From: an uncultured Nitrospiraceae bacterium
GTDB lineage: Bacteria > Nitrospirota > Nitrospiria > Nitrospirales > Nitrospiraceae
Direction of reading: 5' to 3'
Assembly (NCBI GenBank): GCA_963706325.1
Contig: CAVPLT010000001.1
Location: forward strand, 576,001-640,000
DNA length: 64,000 nucleotides
Both the position numbers and the translations under genes were made by a program. Below are positions 10,204-20,252 of this stretch, piece after piece (position 1 is the stretch's first letter; the number at the start of each line of letters is the position of its first letter). The notes beneath the pieces are model-generated. The model did not search any database, was not told where the DNA came from, and was given only the letters and a program-made list of their open reading frames with translations.

Positions 10204-11391
10204 TCAACCTTTCACACACAAGATCTGTTTCAATTCAGCCACGACTTCAACCAAGTCGGCCTGGTTCGCCATCACCTGATCTATATCTTTGTACGCTCCG
10301 GGAATTTCATCCAGTACGCCAACGTCTTTCCGACACTCCACGCCAGCCGTCTGCCTCTGTAAATCCTGTACAGAGAACGTGCGTTTGGCTTGTCCACGGG
10401 ACATCCGGCGGCCCGCCCCGTGGGAGCAGGAGTGGTAGGATTCTGGGTTACCGCGTCCGCGGACAATGTACGATCGGGCGCCCATGGACCCTGGAATGAT
10501 CCCCATATCGTCTTGTCTCGCCCGCACCGCGCCCTTGCGGGTGACGATCACCTGATGGCCGAAGTGATGCTCGCGCTCGGCATAGTTATGATGGCAGTTC
10601 ACTTCCATAAGGGGCACGATCGGTCTTCTCGTTTTCTGCACGATATTCTCCACCGCACGTAGGACGCGGCGCATCATCAGGTCGCGGTTCATGAACGCGT
10701 AGGTTTGAGCCCATTGCAGGTCGTCCCAGTAGGCATCAAACTGGGCGCTGCCCTCTTCCAAATAGGCGAGGTCGGGATCTGTCAGCCTGACCCGGTGCTG
10801 CTGCATAATCTTTTTCGCCTGATACATGTGCACTTCCGCAATCTCTTTCCCAATATTGCGCGAGCCCGAGTGCAACATCACCCAGACCTGTTGGATCTGA
10901 TCCAGGCAGAGCTCGATGAAATGATTGCCTCCACCGAGCGTCCCCAATTGCCTCTGTGCCTTATCGAAACGATTGCGCAGCTGGGGCGGCCGCCGGGTGA
11001 ACTCGTTCCATCCTTGCCACGCGCTTGACTCTGGACTAGGCGTCTTGTGTTCATTGAAGCCGACGGGAATGGACCGTTCAATCTCAGCCCGTAGGCTTTT
11101 CAGGGAGGCAGGAAGATCGGACGCCATGAGCGGCAGTTGCACGGCCATCATGCCGCAGCCAATGTCGACGCCGACAGCGCCGGGAATGACGGCGCCCTTG
11201 CAGGCAACTACGGATCCGACCGTGGCCCCATAGCCTAGATGGACGTCCGGCATGGCAGCGATGTGTCGAAACACGCAGGGCAGATTCGCCGTGTTGACTA
11301 ATTGCTGTAGGGCAGACGCTTCGACCTCTGCGAGGGGAGCCCACAGTTTGATTGGGACCCGTGCGCTGTTCACAACGGCTTTCATACCCAC
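10204..11391 (-). CDS. rtcB: RtcB family RNA ligase
   Basis: MPDVHLG, VGVDIGCG, LGTLGGGNHF, HSGSR, HHNY, RKGA, IPGSMG, SHGAGR and DEIPGAYK motifs, with C-terminal VKG. Confidence 0.96.
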   Translation of the reverse strand: MGMKAVVNSARVPIKLWAPLAEVEASALQQLVNTANLPCVFRHIAAMPDVHLGYGATVGSVVACKGAVIPGAVGVDIGCGMMAVQLPLMASDLPASLKSLRAEIERSIPVGFNEHKTPSPESSAWQGWNEFTRRPPQLRNRFDKAQRQLGTLGGGNHFIELCLDQIQQVWVMLHSGSRNIGKEIAEVHMYQAKKIMQQHRVRLTDPDLAYLEEGSAQFDAYWDDLQWAQTYAFMNRDLMMRRVLRAVENIVQKTRRPIVPLMEVNCHHNYAEREHHFGHQVIVTRKGAVRARQDDMGIIPGSMGARSYIVRGRGNPESYHSCSHGAGRRMSRGQAKRTFSVQDLQRQTAGVECRKDVGVLDEIPGAYKDIDQVMANQADLVEVVAELKQILCVKG

Positions 11392-11605
11392 TCCATTCTA
11401 AAAATTGGTAAGAGGCTCTGCGTTATTGTACCGTCTATGGCCTTCGTGTGCCTCGCCATCCCGCGGCTAATATCGATACGTGCGTCCGCTTAGCGAGTTC
11501 TAATGCCCAGCTAATGAGGCTCTCATCCCCCACCCGTAACCTAATAGACCGGTCGACGTATGGTCCACAGAGGCGGTGCACAATCATATGTACAGAGAGG
11601 GTCGG

Positions 11606-12094
11606 ATGATCCACGGCATCTACGGAACGCGGTTTACCTCCAATGGACAAGACATCGGAGGCGGCATTGTGGTCATTGACGGCATATCGATTCACGGCGG
11701 CGATCCTGATTATCTCTATAAGGGTCAATATTGGCTCCAAGGCAATCACCGCATCGAAGCGATCGTGAATGTACAGAATTACACCGGTCGTTTGAACGCC
11801 CTCGTAGGCCATTTGTCATCCTTTGAGCTCACGCTATCCGGCATGGCGGAGCCTAAGCTGATGCGCCTTTCAGGGTCCGTGAATGGACAACGTCATCGGA
11901 CCATTCAAATCGCCCTCACCAAGATCAGCGATCTTGTCGATCCGTCGATGGGATGTTTCGATGCGGCCTGCGCCATAGTTGCCGGCACGGATCTTGAGAC
12001 TCCTTGCACCGTCACTCACCGGACCCGCCGGTCTTCAGGCAGGATGGAGAGGAGTGAGGTCAAGCCCCCACGCCGAAACAGCCGCAATAGGTGA
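11606..12094 (+). CDS. GrlR-like beta-barrel protein
   Basis: GIYxxxFxS..G.GIVVIDG..IHGGDxxYxYxG pattern typical of GrlR-family proteins, with a GAGAGG RBS. Confidence 0.65.
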   Translation: MIHGIYGTRFTSNGQDIGGGIVVIDGISIHGGDPDYLYKGQYWLQGNHRIEAIVNVQNYTGRLNALVGHLSSFELTLSGMAEPKLMRLSGSVNGQRHRTIQIALTKISDLVDPSMGCFDAACAIVAGTDLETPCTVTHRTRRSSGRMERSEVKPPRRNSRNR

Positions 12095-12253
12095 TCCATC
12101 TTTTTCAACATCCCGCTCGTCCATCAGGGAAAACGTGCCCGCTATGAAGAAGCGGCCAGGGCTCTACCCAGGTACGGTCTCTGGCCTGGTGCAATAAGCT
12201 ACAACTGTCTTAACCATCCTCACCTTGCCCACTGTGTAGTCGGAGGGCAGGGC

Positions 12254-12817
12254 GTGAGTTCATCATTGTTCACGGTGCAGGTGAAAGTGCAGGCGACTCA
12301 GAAAACTCTATCTCTCTTCGCTGGGCTGCTTGTGACCTGCCTAAGCATGGGATGCTCCAGTGTCAGCGTTCTTCGTCTAACTTCAGACACATTTCCCCGT
12401 CGCTCGGTGGAGGAGGTGGCGATCTTGAGCGAGGCACCGCCCACCGAACATATTCGAATCGCGGAGCTCTCGGAGACGTCTTCCTCCCGTGTCGATACGC
12501 TTCACCGACACATTTTGAAAAAAGCCGCACAATTGGGGGCGGACGCGGTCATATTCTCGGTGCCTCACACCCGTTCGGAACAGCGAGTGGACTATCAGCC
12601 GATGTACAGCCCGTGGGGATATTATGCCCCCTATTACTATGGACCCGGTCCCTACGGCTATTCGAGACCCTGGGGCTACTCCTACGGCGGATATGGGGCA
12701 TTTAGGCCGTTCGGAGGGTACCGGCGGTATGCGGCCATACCCTACTCAGTCCGGGTTACATCCCTTAAGGGTGTCGCGATCAGATATGGCGGGTCGCCTG
12801 GAGCGCCCGCACCGTAG
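12254..12817 (+). CDS. Putative lipoprotein with a Tyr/Gly/Pro-rich insert
   Basis: Lipobox-like SMGC, KKAAQLGADAVI motif and low-complexity YSPWGYYAPYYYGPGPYGY.. segment. Start codon uncertain. Confidence 0.75.
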   Translation: MSSSLFTVQVKVQATQKTLSLFAGLLVTCLSMGCSSVSVLRLTSDTFPRRSVEEVAILSEAPPTEHIRIAELSETSSSRVDTLHRHILKKAAQLGADAVIFSVPHTRSEQRVDYQPMYSPWGYYAPYYYGPGPYGYSRPWGYSYGGYGAFRPFGGYRRYAAIPYSVRVTSLKGVAIRYGGSPGAPAP

Positions 12818-12832
12818 ACGGAAGGAGACACC

Positions 12833-13309
12833 GTGAATCGAAATATGCAGTGGCTGGCGGGTATCGGACTTTTGGTTTTGATGGGGTGCAGCGGCCCGTC
12901 GGCCATACTCCAGGAACGACACGCAGTTGATCCGGTCATGGACATGCTGCATCGGGGCATCCTCGACTTGGAGGAAAATGTCGAAGAACTCCACGAACGC
13001 ATCGCCGAACTGCAGCAACTGCCCCCTGTGCCGGATCCCGCGGTTCAGGAGTTGCGCGCACTCGATCTCGCGGGCTGGCAGCTTCACCAGCAACAGTGGC
13101 TGCTACAGCGTGAGCGACTGTTCTTGGCAGTGCATCAGATTCAACAAGCCCAGGCACACCCACCCCAGCGTGCTGATCTCTGGGCCCAATGGACCGGACG
13201 ACAGCAGCAATTCCTGACCTCGCTGGAAGATCTTCGCGCCCAACGACATGCACTGGAACAAAAACGATTAGCCGTGGAATCTCAGCTTCTCGAGCGGTAT
13301 TTCAAGTAA
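12833..13309 (+). CDS. Putative coiled-coil lipoprotein
   Basis: AAGGAG RBS, GTG start, lipobox-like LMGC and Gln/Leu-rich helices. Confidence 0.78.
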   Translation: MNRNMQWLAGIGLLVLMGCSGPSAILQERHAVDPVMDMLHRGILDLEENVEELHERIAELQQLPPVPDPAVQELRALDLAGWQLHQQQWLLQRERLFLAVHQIQQAQAHPPQRADLWAQWTGRQQQFLTSLEDLRAQRHALEQKRLAVESQLLERYFK

Positions 13310-13604
13310 GAATTGTCATTCGAGCGGATGGCCGGCTTTTTCATCGGCCCCGTCGTTGAGTCACGTTTCGCTGGCACCGGGCCAACCGACGCGCTCGCTG
13401 TGGAGGGCGTGAGAGTTGTTGTAGTGATCCATGCGAGACGCCGACGCACACACGCCTCCCATTCAATAAGTAGCCCACATCCCGAGATCTGTGCTCCGCT
13501 TCTTGCCTGAACTGAGATTGCCAGTGATGCATCCAGCAAATCCCTACCCAACATGCCTCCTGAGAAGGCCGATTGGTGCAGTCGCTTTGTTTCAGGGACT
13601 CAAT

Positions 13605-13880
13605 TCAATTGGTTGCTGAGGGGAACTGCGCGTCAATCCATTCAATGGCGAGCTTCTTGGCCACGGTGTCGGCAGCCTCCTTCGTCGGCAACGGATGGTC
13701 CGCAGCATCGACAACTTGCTGCTGTCCTAGATGATCCCCACCGACGCAACAATTTATCTGTGCTTTTGGAGCCCAGCCGCCTTCGGCCAATAGATAAGAC
13801 ATGAGCGAGATTTTCCGAGTTTTATGCTTGAAAAAGGGCGGCTCCTGATTTGCTTCGTTCACGTCTTCTTCATTCGGCAT
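13605..13880 (-). CDS. Hypothetical protein (91 aa)
   Basis: ATG-started ORF with a purine-rich upstream region and protein-like composition. Confidence 0.55.
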   Translation of the reverse strand: MPNEEDVNEANQEPPFFKHKTRKISLMSYLLAEGGWAPKAQINCCVGGDHLGQQQVVDAADHPLPTKEAADTVAKKLAIEWIDAQFPSATN

Positions 13881-14016
13881 GGTGATAACCCTTCCTGGCG
13901 GCTGAAACTCCGGTCTTCAACAGGGTCACCCTTAGCGACTAGCAGTCACATGACGCCACATCGTGGCCCGGTCGAAGAACAAGAATTATTTGAAGTAGGT
14001 AAGGCAAGGATTGAGT

Positions 14017-14223
14017 TTAGCCACTGTCGGACGAGAGTTCATAGGAAGACACTTCTTTGGACTTTCCGCAGGTGTCGCAGGTGCCTTCTTGAGTTCGATG
14101 TGTATGGCCGGCAGCGTCCGTTGAAGGCCTAAACACGCTCGCATCAATGAAGTCACCTTGAGTACTATTTCGGATGTTCAGCAGCTTTTCGCAGTCGACG
14201 CAGTATTTGTATGTTGTTGCCAC
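14017..14223 (-). CDS. Small CxxC...CxxC protein
   Basis: GAGAGG RBS then GTG, translating to YCVDCEK...CDTCGK. Confidence 0.55.
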   Translation of the reverse strand: MATTYKYCVDCEKLLNIRNSTQGDFIDASVFRPSTDAAGHTHRTQEGTCDTCGKSKEVSSYELSSDSG

Positions 14224-14270
14224 GTGTGATTGCCTCTCGCCATGGAGCTCAACAAGCATTGCCGCGAGGG

Positions 14271-14561
14271 CTAACCTTCTTTGATGCCTAGTGTGTTGTT
14301 GTTGAGATAGACAACAGGCCCCGAGCGGAACCAATCAACGAGCCCCTTATTGTATAAAGTCAGCTCTAGCTCTTGCAGTGAGAGGCGACTGTCTTGCAAG
14401 AGGTCCATCCCGATCTGGATCGTAGATTTTAAAGTCGCCCCTTCAAACAGCATCACCGTGCGGTCAACAGCGGTCCGGGAACCGTCTTCAATTCTCCAAC
14501 CCGGAAGAATCTGCGAGAGGTGCCGACGAATCACCGTCATCTTCTGTGCCTCACTGCTCAT
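14271..14561 (-). CDS. Hypothetical protein (96 aa)
   Basis: ATG-started ORF co-oriented with its neighbours and with globular composition. Confidence 0.6.
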   Translation of the reverse strand: MSSEAQKMTVIRRHLSQILPGWRIEDGSRTAVDRTVMLFEGATLKSTIQIGMDLLQDSRLSLQELELTLYNKGLVDWFRSGPVVYLNNNTLGIKEG

Positions 14562-14624
14562 GTCAATTTCACATAGTAATAGGTTTTGCCTCTAAAAAGG
14601 CGTGCGATGACCGATAACGCGCTA

Positions 14625-14894
14625 TTAGCTGGGCGGTGCATTCATCGAGGAGATAGGAGACTGACCGGGCTTTGAGATGCTCACCGTAAAATGATGGCAA
14701 TCCCTGCATAAAGCTGAAAAGGAGGAAACTTTCGGATTGTAAGAAGTATGGATATGCCCTTGTGGCGTGTCCGCATCCGGCGCCAGGAGGGACTCATCCA
14801 ACAGGATGGATTTCCCGCACCCAGGATTCTCACATCGGACAGTACTCGGAGGTCTTGCGGTTGTTCCTTCTGTATCTACCATAACAAGCTCCAT
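14625..14894 (-). CDS. Small Cys-rich protein (CxxxxC...CxxC)
   Basis: RCENPGCGK...LCRDCHH, with an AGGGG RBS. Confidence 0.6.
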   Translation of the reverse strand: MELVMVDTEGTTARPPSTVRCENPGCGKSILLDESLLAPDADTPQGHIHTSYNPKVSSFSALCRDCHHFTVSISKPGQSPISSMNAPPS

Positions 14895-15699
14895 GTATCC
14901 CCTATGCCGCTATTAAAGACGGACAATGGGTTTGACCCGTTTTCCAATCACACAACTGTCCGCCGGCAGGAGGTCTGATGTAGTCGATATTGCATTGGCG
15001 GACCACCCCTCTACATCCATACTTCTGAATTCTAATTGTCCTGAAGTGACCTTTCTACTGGGATTCCCCCGAGAGGGAGCCTCTTTACCCGACGACAGCT
15101 GAGATTCAGCGTGTTTCGTCCAGGTTTTCCAGGTCGAGTAATCGTGCGGGTGTCCGGAACAGACTGCTTGCAGGAGAAAGAGCGTCAGTAGGTAGCTGAA
15201 GGTCAAGAAAATTGGTCTCGAGAGGGACATTCCATTCTCCTCCGACAGCTCCGTTCGCAGCCACTTTCCCTTGTACACCGTAGAACCTCCGACGCTGAGC
15301 CACTTGAATGGGTAGGGCTGGGGGTTTCGTCATGCATTCGCAGCTGGAGCGGCAATTCGACCAATTTTCTCCCACCCTGTGACGGCGCCCGTCGTGAATT
15401 TCGCTGATGTACTCATGGAGGCTGGCTTGACTGTATAAGCCGGTGCGCCTTTTGCAGACTGTTCAGCTGCTATCGATGAGCCCACTGGAACAAGGGAAGG
15501 GAACATGGACGAGGGAAAGGGAAAGGCAGCAAGGATTAGCATGCTCCGCTTGATCGAGAGCACGAAGAACAGGAGAAGGTTCCGCCTCGAGGCAAGGCAA
15601 AAGAGAACAAGGTCCCCGACGCCGGTTCCGAGGGGCAGCGTAGCTGCCCCTCGGAGAATTAGCTCAAAGCCGTTGGTTGTCAAAGACGGAGGCCACACC

Positions 15700-15861
15700 A
15701 TGTGCTGTGAACGCGGTCGAAACTTAGTGGTGCCGGTTCCTCTTCTTGATGAGGGGGGTGGAGTGATGGATGACCCGGCATGGCGGTGTGTGGCCTGTGG
15801 CGATATCATTGATCCCCTAATTGCCAGGCCCCGCCGCAACGCCAAATTGCCTGCGAGATAG
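15700..15861 (+). CDS. Zn-ribbon-like microprotein, family copy 2 (first CxxC altered)
   Basis: GGAGG RBS at 15688. Translation is MCCERGRNLVVPVPLLDEGGGVMDDPAWRCVACGDIIDPLIARPRR.., closely matching the 9571 ORF. Confidence 0.7.
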   Translation: MCCERGRNLVVPVPLLDEGGGVMDDPAWRCVACGDIIDPLIARPRRNAKLPAR

Positions 15862-16367
15862 CGCGACACGGTCAGGCTGCGCTTTCCTACGGCGGTAAGT
15901 ATGGATTCGCAGTAAAAAAACCGAAGCAGCTGAACCCCTCCGGTTCGACAGGGGTCGCAAGATTGTTCTCCACTCCGTCATCCCTCTGGCCATCTTCGGA
16001 GCCTGCGGAAGTTCGTATGACGGCAGCGAGAGTAAGGTTCTCTTGCAATTTTCCTGTGGACGGATCGTTGGTGTCGAAGGGATTTCACTGTGGGAGCGTC
16101 GCGACTATGGGCGACGCCCTACCTTTACCGGATTGCTCGTACGTCCCAAGGTTCCGTAGTCGAATTGCATTCATGGCCTGGGCACTACCGTGACAGGAAG
16201 CTCAACAAGGCGTGGGAGTTGGAGCCATGACGCAGGGTCTTCGGGCATAGTAGGTAGGATGAGCACGAGGCGAAATACCCGAGGCCGAAGCTGCCAGCGC
16301 TGCGGGACCATTGGAACAACTGGACTTTAACGCGGTCTTGTGTTGAAGTTTGGTTGAAGGAGCATCT

Positions 16368-16550
16368 ATGCCAGTTCAGCATCTCAAAGCATCAGCGTTG
16401 GTGAAGAAGCAATGGGGCGCATTTTGCTGTGAATGTGGAAAGAATGCCGCCGATGCGACGGACGACGCTGTATGGACGGTTTGGACGGTGGAAATGTTGT
16501 ACTGTCCGGCATGTGCGAAGGGGGAAGGAATCGGGCCGGATGATTTCTGA
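16368..16550 (+). CDS. Small CxxC...CxxC protein (60 aa)
   Basis: AAGGAG RBS, translating to FCCECGK...LYCPACAK. Confidence 0.7.
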   Translation: MPVQHLKASALVKKQWGAFCCECGKNAADATDDAVWTVWTVEMLYCPACAKGEGIGPDDF

Positions 16551-16869
16551 GCAGCTGGCCATGCGGCGAGATCGAAGTGGCTTTTGCACGACTGAAGGGC
16601 GTGTCTGTTCACGGACTGGCCGGTTTGTATGAAGAAACTGCTGCAAGCTCCGCGAACAGAGCGTGGCCTAACATAGACCCTCCGGCCACTACCCCCGGGC
16701 CAGCACTCTACAGGACTTAGCCGAATCAGACAGCTCCCCACGATGGGCGCAGGCGGAGGCCGGTCAGAAGTCAGGGCCACGGTCTGGCCGGATCTTCATC
16801 ACTGTCATCATAAAATCTACTAGGGTTTCCATCCAGGGCATCCGCCTAGGTGCGACGCTTGCGACTCAT

Positions 16870-17178
16870 ATGGTACACAACAAGGCCATGCAATCAGACT
16901 GCGTACATGATTACCGGCTAGAGTCTGGCGGTGGGTCGTACCTTACGGGCGCATATGTATGCCGCTTTTGCAGCTTCCGAATCAGCATGTCTGATGAGCA
17001 GTTCAGAAAGCACGCAGATCCTCGAGACTACCAAGTGAACAGCAATACCACAGAGACAGAAAGCGTTGAAGAGGACCCCAGCACGACGGTTCGCGACTCT
17101 TTTCCCCGAATTCCCCCGGCTTGTCTCCTTGCCTCTCAAATCGAAAGCCTCATCGAGATCTGCTGTATAGGGATCTAG
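16870..17178 (+). CDS. Small Cys/His-containing hypothetical protein
   Basis: CxH...GxYVCxxC, a possible Zn site. Start may be 16888 and the C-terminal half is doubtful. Confidence 0.45.
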   Translation: MVHNKAMQSDCVHDYRLESGGGSYLTGAYVCRFCSFRISMSDEQFRKHADPRDYQVNSNTTETESVEEDPSTTVRDSFPRIPPACLLASQIESLIEICCIGI

Positions 17179-17652
17179 CTGCTGTTTGCACCACCCCTTC
17201 TTTACGCCTGCATGTATCCAATGAAGACCTTGTCCGTATGGCGCCATGAATTGACGTCTATTCTTTTAATATCCTTCCCCGCCCTAGTATGTGTCTCGTC
17301 TAGCACGTAGGCTAGGCAGCCATAGTAGGGCTGAATCACATTTATCAAGAATGCAGTCAGGGCTGCGCAAAATCCAATAGGTGCGGTGCTTGTGGAATCG
17401 AAAGCACGTTGAGCGACAAGATGTTGCTGGTTGCTTCGTGCAGTCTTAGGATGTGCTAGATCCATGCAGCTCTTGACGTGCAACTCCAAAAGGCTCAAAA
17501 GTGGGTAGCTTACAAGATGCTTCCCGGCTTTACGAGCCACGCAGAATCTTTCCGATAGCCTGGTGGTTCCGTTGAGGCGTTATTGATTTGAACGGTCGAG
17601 AAGTGCTCTTGCCAAGAGTAGCTGACCGAGCCTGAGGAAGCGACGATCTATT

Positions 17653-18009
17653 ATGATACGAGCCAAGATATCCATCCAACGCACCCCTGAGGGATTGTGG
17701 AAGATGGAACGCGGCGCCATCCACATTGATTCGGTGAGACAGCTGGCTCTTCCGCCCCTCCCCCAAGAAGAAATTTTGGATGATCTGGTCGAAACCCTCA
17801 TGGGTCAGACCCTCCTTTCTCTCGACAAGAACGGCCGACGAGGCACCTCGGAACCGATTCAATGGGAAATTATCGTGGATCGCGTGCCGCACTGCTATCG
17901 CTGCGTCCAACCCATGGCGGAGACGACACCATCGTCAGATGGTTCGACCGGTCCAGGCCGCGCCGAGTGGAAATGTGCAGAGTGTGGAATAGTGATCCAG
18001 TTAAGTTAG
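17653..18009 (+). CDS. Hypothetical protein with C-terminal Zn ribbon
   Basis: PHCYRCVQPM...WKCAECG, with GAGGA upstream. Confidence 0.7.
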   Translation: MIRAKISIQRTPEGLWKMERGAIHIDSVRQLALPPLPQEEILDDLVETLMGQTLLSLDKNGRRGTSEPIQWEIIVDRVPHCYRCVQPMAETTPSSDGSTGPGRAEWKCAECGIVIQLS

Positions 18010-18373
18010 CGCTCGGTGTGCTCGAGGGATAAAGATCTGGTCGTCACGCTGGCTCCTCTCGATGATATTGCAAGGCACGGGCCTTGCGGAGTTCTCTTCG
18101 GCAACGGCTGCATCATTTTCAGACTTTTAGCAGAACCACTGGGACTCGATAGGAATCACATTGCGCTTATTCCTATCCGATGAATGACCCAGAACATTCC
18201 GTTGAACCGCGAAGCAGGGCTTCACTCGTTGGGTAAGAGTGAGGGAGGCGTGGTAGCAAGCGCTTGCAGGCATGCCACGAACACCAGTAAGGTGAGACGA
18301 TAGCAACCGCTGAAGTCCCTCAGCAGTCTAATAAATTCTGTTCTTTATCCGTAGCGCAGGAAAGGGAAAATTT

Positions 18374-18790
18374 GTGAGCGCACTCTCGCAGATTCAAATC
18401 TATACGGACGGGAGTTGTCTCGGGAATCCCGGTCCAGGGGGCTGGGCCTACATCATCGTTCAGGAGGGCAAGGAACGAAGGGAGGGCTCGGGTCACTGTA
18501 CGGCCACGACCAACAATCGCATGGAAATGATCGCCGCCATCGAAGCGCTGAAGAGCCTTGCGCCTGCTCAATCCGTCGTACTCCATTCGGACTCTCAGCT
18601 ACTGATCAAGACCATGACGCTGGGATGGAAACGTAACAAGAACCAAGATTTGTGGGCTGAGCTGGATCAGCTTGCGGCGGTGCATCGTATTACCTGGCAG
18701 TGGGTGCGCGGTCATAACGGGCATCCGGAGAACGAAGCGTGCGACAACCTTGCGCAACGAGCCGCTTCCATCGCCAGTTCTTCGCGTTGA
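18374..18790 (+). CDS. rnhA: Ribonuclease HI
   Basis: IYTDGSCLGNPGPGGW, TTNNRME, SDS, KNQDLW and WVRGHNGHPENEACD motifs. Confidence 0.97.
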   Translation: MSALSQIQIYTDGSCLGNPGPGGWAYIIVQEGKERREGSGHCTATTNNRMEMIAAIEALKSLAPAQSVVLHSDSQLLIKTMTLGWKRNKNQDLWAELDQLAAVHRITWQWVRGHNGHPENEACDNLAQRAASIASSSR

Positions 18791-18812
18791 AGGCAGGCTC
18801 AGAAAGGACGGT

Positions 18813-19016
18813 ATGCACCTACTGAAAGTCGGCCGTTTCCACATTAACCTCGCCTACATTCAATTCATTCATGAAGAACGGGAAGATTTTATCCTCCATT
18901 TCAGCGAAGGCGCCAACATCCGAACTACCAGCGTCGCGCGAAGTTCTCCTGACGGAGAACTGCTGCAGCGATTCGTCACGAGCCGTCTGTGGGTTGATCC
19001 AGCCTCTGCGTCCTGA
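18813..19016 (+). CDS. Small hypothetical protein (67 aa) downstream of rnhA
   Basis: AAAGGA RBS then MHLLKVGRFHINLAYIQFI.. Confidence 0.6.
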   Translation: MHLLKVGRFHINLAYIQFIHEEREDFILHFSEGANIRTTSVARSSPDGELLQRFVTSRLWVDPASAS

Positions 19017-19198
19017 GGCATTTTATCTAGAGCCTCAGTCTCCGGCCCTGTAGCCGATCACTTGAGCAAGGCGGCTCCCCGAGACAAGAGCGTTGCGCGA
19101 TCGTGGGCACACGCAGGATTACGTGACGCTGCTAGTGGCTTGGAGTGAGGTGCTGAATGCACTTTCCTGAGCAGAATTGTTGACGAGCGGTCTCATGG

Positions 19199-20116
19199 TC
19201 AGCCTTGAACCGTCGATCGCCTCGCGAGTTGCTCTAACTCCTCATCCAGCGCAGCAAAATCTTCCAGTATATCGATATGTGATTTCAGGAAATGCTCACG
19301 CATCGCGAGGGCGCCATGCCCTCCGACGGTGAGGTGAGAGGCGGGACTCACCTCCTGAGCCAGAGCCTGAATTATCTCGGTGGCTCTGGTTTCTGTGAAG
19401 GCCAATGGAAAAGACACGATGGTCAGATTCGGCTCCACCTCGTGGCAGAGCTTGGTCAGGTCCGCCACGGGCACATTCGCTCCTAGGTAGTACACACGAC
19501 AGCCTCGCACGCGGCAACGATAGGCGACGGCCAACGCGGCGATGTCGTGCTCCTCTCCGGGCGGGCAGGCCACCACCACTTTGACGCCAAATTCAGCCAC
19601 TGGCAGCTGATTCATCGCGGAAAAAATTTTCTGTTGGATGTGCTTGGTGACGTAATGTTCGAGGGCCACATTCACGTGGCCGTCGTGCCAGAGTTGCCCG
19701 ACCTGCGCTTGGAGCGGGAGTAAGATCCCGTGGAGCGCTTCTTCAAAGGGCACCACCGCAACCGCCCCGTTTAATCTTTTTTCAAACATGACGCGGTCAA
19801 AGGGCTCCAGCGCCGACAACAGTTCCCTCAAAAGGCGATCGAAGGTATTGTCGATAAAGGAAGTGCGTGGCGAAGCCGCTCGCATCCGGTTCAGAAGTTC
19901 CTCTCGGCCCAATCGCGCGAGGTCTCCGATGGAACCACCAGCATCTAATTGCTCTTTCAGGTAGCGCAGCAGCGCCACATCTTCATCTGAATAGTTGCGA
20001 TAGCGATTAGCTCCTCGCGTTGGTCTTAGGACCCCAAATCGGCGTTCCCATACCCGAATCACATCCTTCGACAGTCCGGTGAGTTTCGCAACTCTATGAA
20101 TTCTATGAATATTCAT
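19199..20116 (-). CDS. carH: MerR-family, cobalamin-binding transcriptional regulator (CarH/LitR type)
   Basis: MerR HTH (RVAKLTGLSKDVIRVWERRFG..P.R..NRYRNYS), W-x9-EH (WHDGHVNVALEH), B12 motif PPGEEHDIA, YLGANVP and VGG. Confidence 0.88.
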   Translation of the reverse strand: MNIHRIHRVAKLTGLSKDVIRVWERRFGVLRPTRGANRYRNYSDEDVALLRYLKEQLDAGGSIGDLARLGREELLNRMRAASPRTSFIDNTFDRLLRELLSALEPFDRVMFEKRLNGAVAVVPFEEALHGILLPLQAQVGQLWHDGHVNVALEHYVTKHIQQKIFSAMNQLPVAEFGVKVVVACPPGEEHDIAALAVAYRCRVRGCRVYYLGANVPVADLTKLCHEVEPNLTIVSFPLAFTETRATEIIQALAQEVSPASHLTVGGHGALAMREHFLKSHIDILEDFAALDEELEQLARRSTVQG

Positions 20117-20127
20117 GGCGGATTGAA

Positions 20128-20156
20128 ATTATATCTACATGTCTAATGTTTGTCAA
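20128..20156 (-). promoter_or_regulatory. Consensus sigma70 promoter of the carH-like gene
   Basis: Minus strand TTGACA (20156-20151), 17-bp spacer and TATAAT (20133-20128), ending 11 nt before the ATG at 20116. Confidence 0.85.
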
Positions 20157-20234
20157 ATATGTATTGATATAACTATTGACACATTGGACAAATAGGGCTA
20201 TACATTAGACATACTTGTTACAAACATTGAACAT
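20139..20234. promoter_or_regulatory. 11-bp repeat array, putative CarH-type operator, overlapping both divergent promoters
   Basis: Plus strand ACATTGGACAA (20181), ACATTAGACAT (20202), ACTTGTTACAA (20213) and ACATTGAACAT (20224). Minus strand ATATTTGACAA (20160-20150) and ACATTAGACAT (20149-20139). Plus-strand TTGACA lies at 20176. Confidence 0.78.
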
Positions 20235-20252
20235 AAACCCATGGAGTTGATC

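Noticed and set aside
13901..15956. Similar short sequences at 13901-13928 and 15929-15956 (GCTGAA..CTCCGGT..ACAGGG.TC) as possible att sites or tRNA fragments
   Set aside because: The match is gapped and short, with no cloverleaf and no recombinase nearby, so chance cannot be excluded.
19020..20250. Cobalamin riboswitch near the B12-binding regulator
   Set aside because: No B12-box-like sequence was recognised, and the 124-bp spacer is explained by the promoters and 11-bp repeats.
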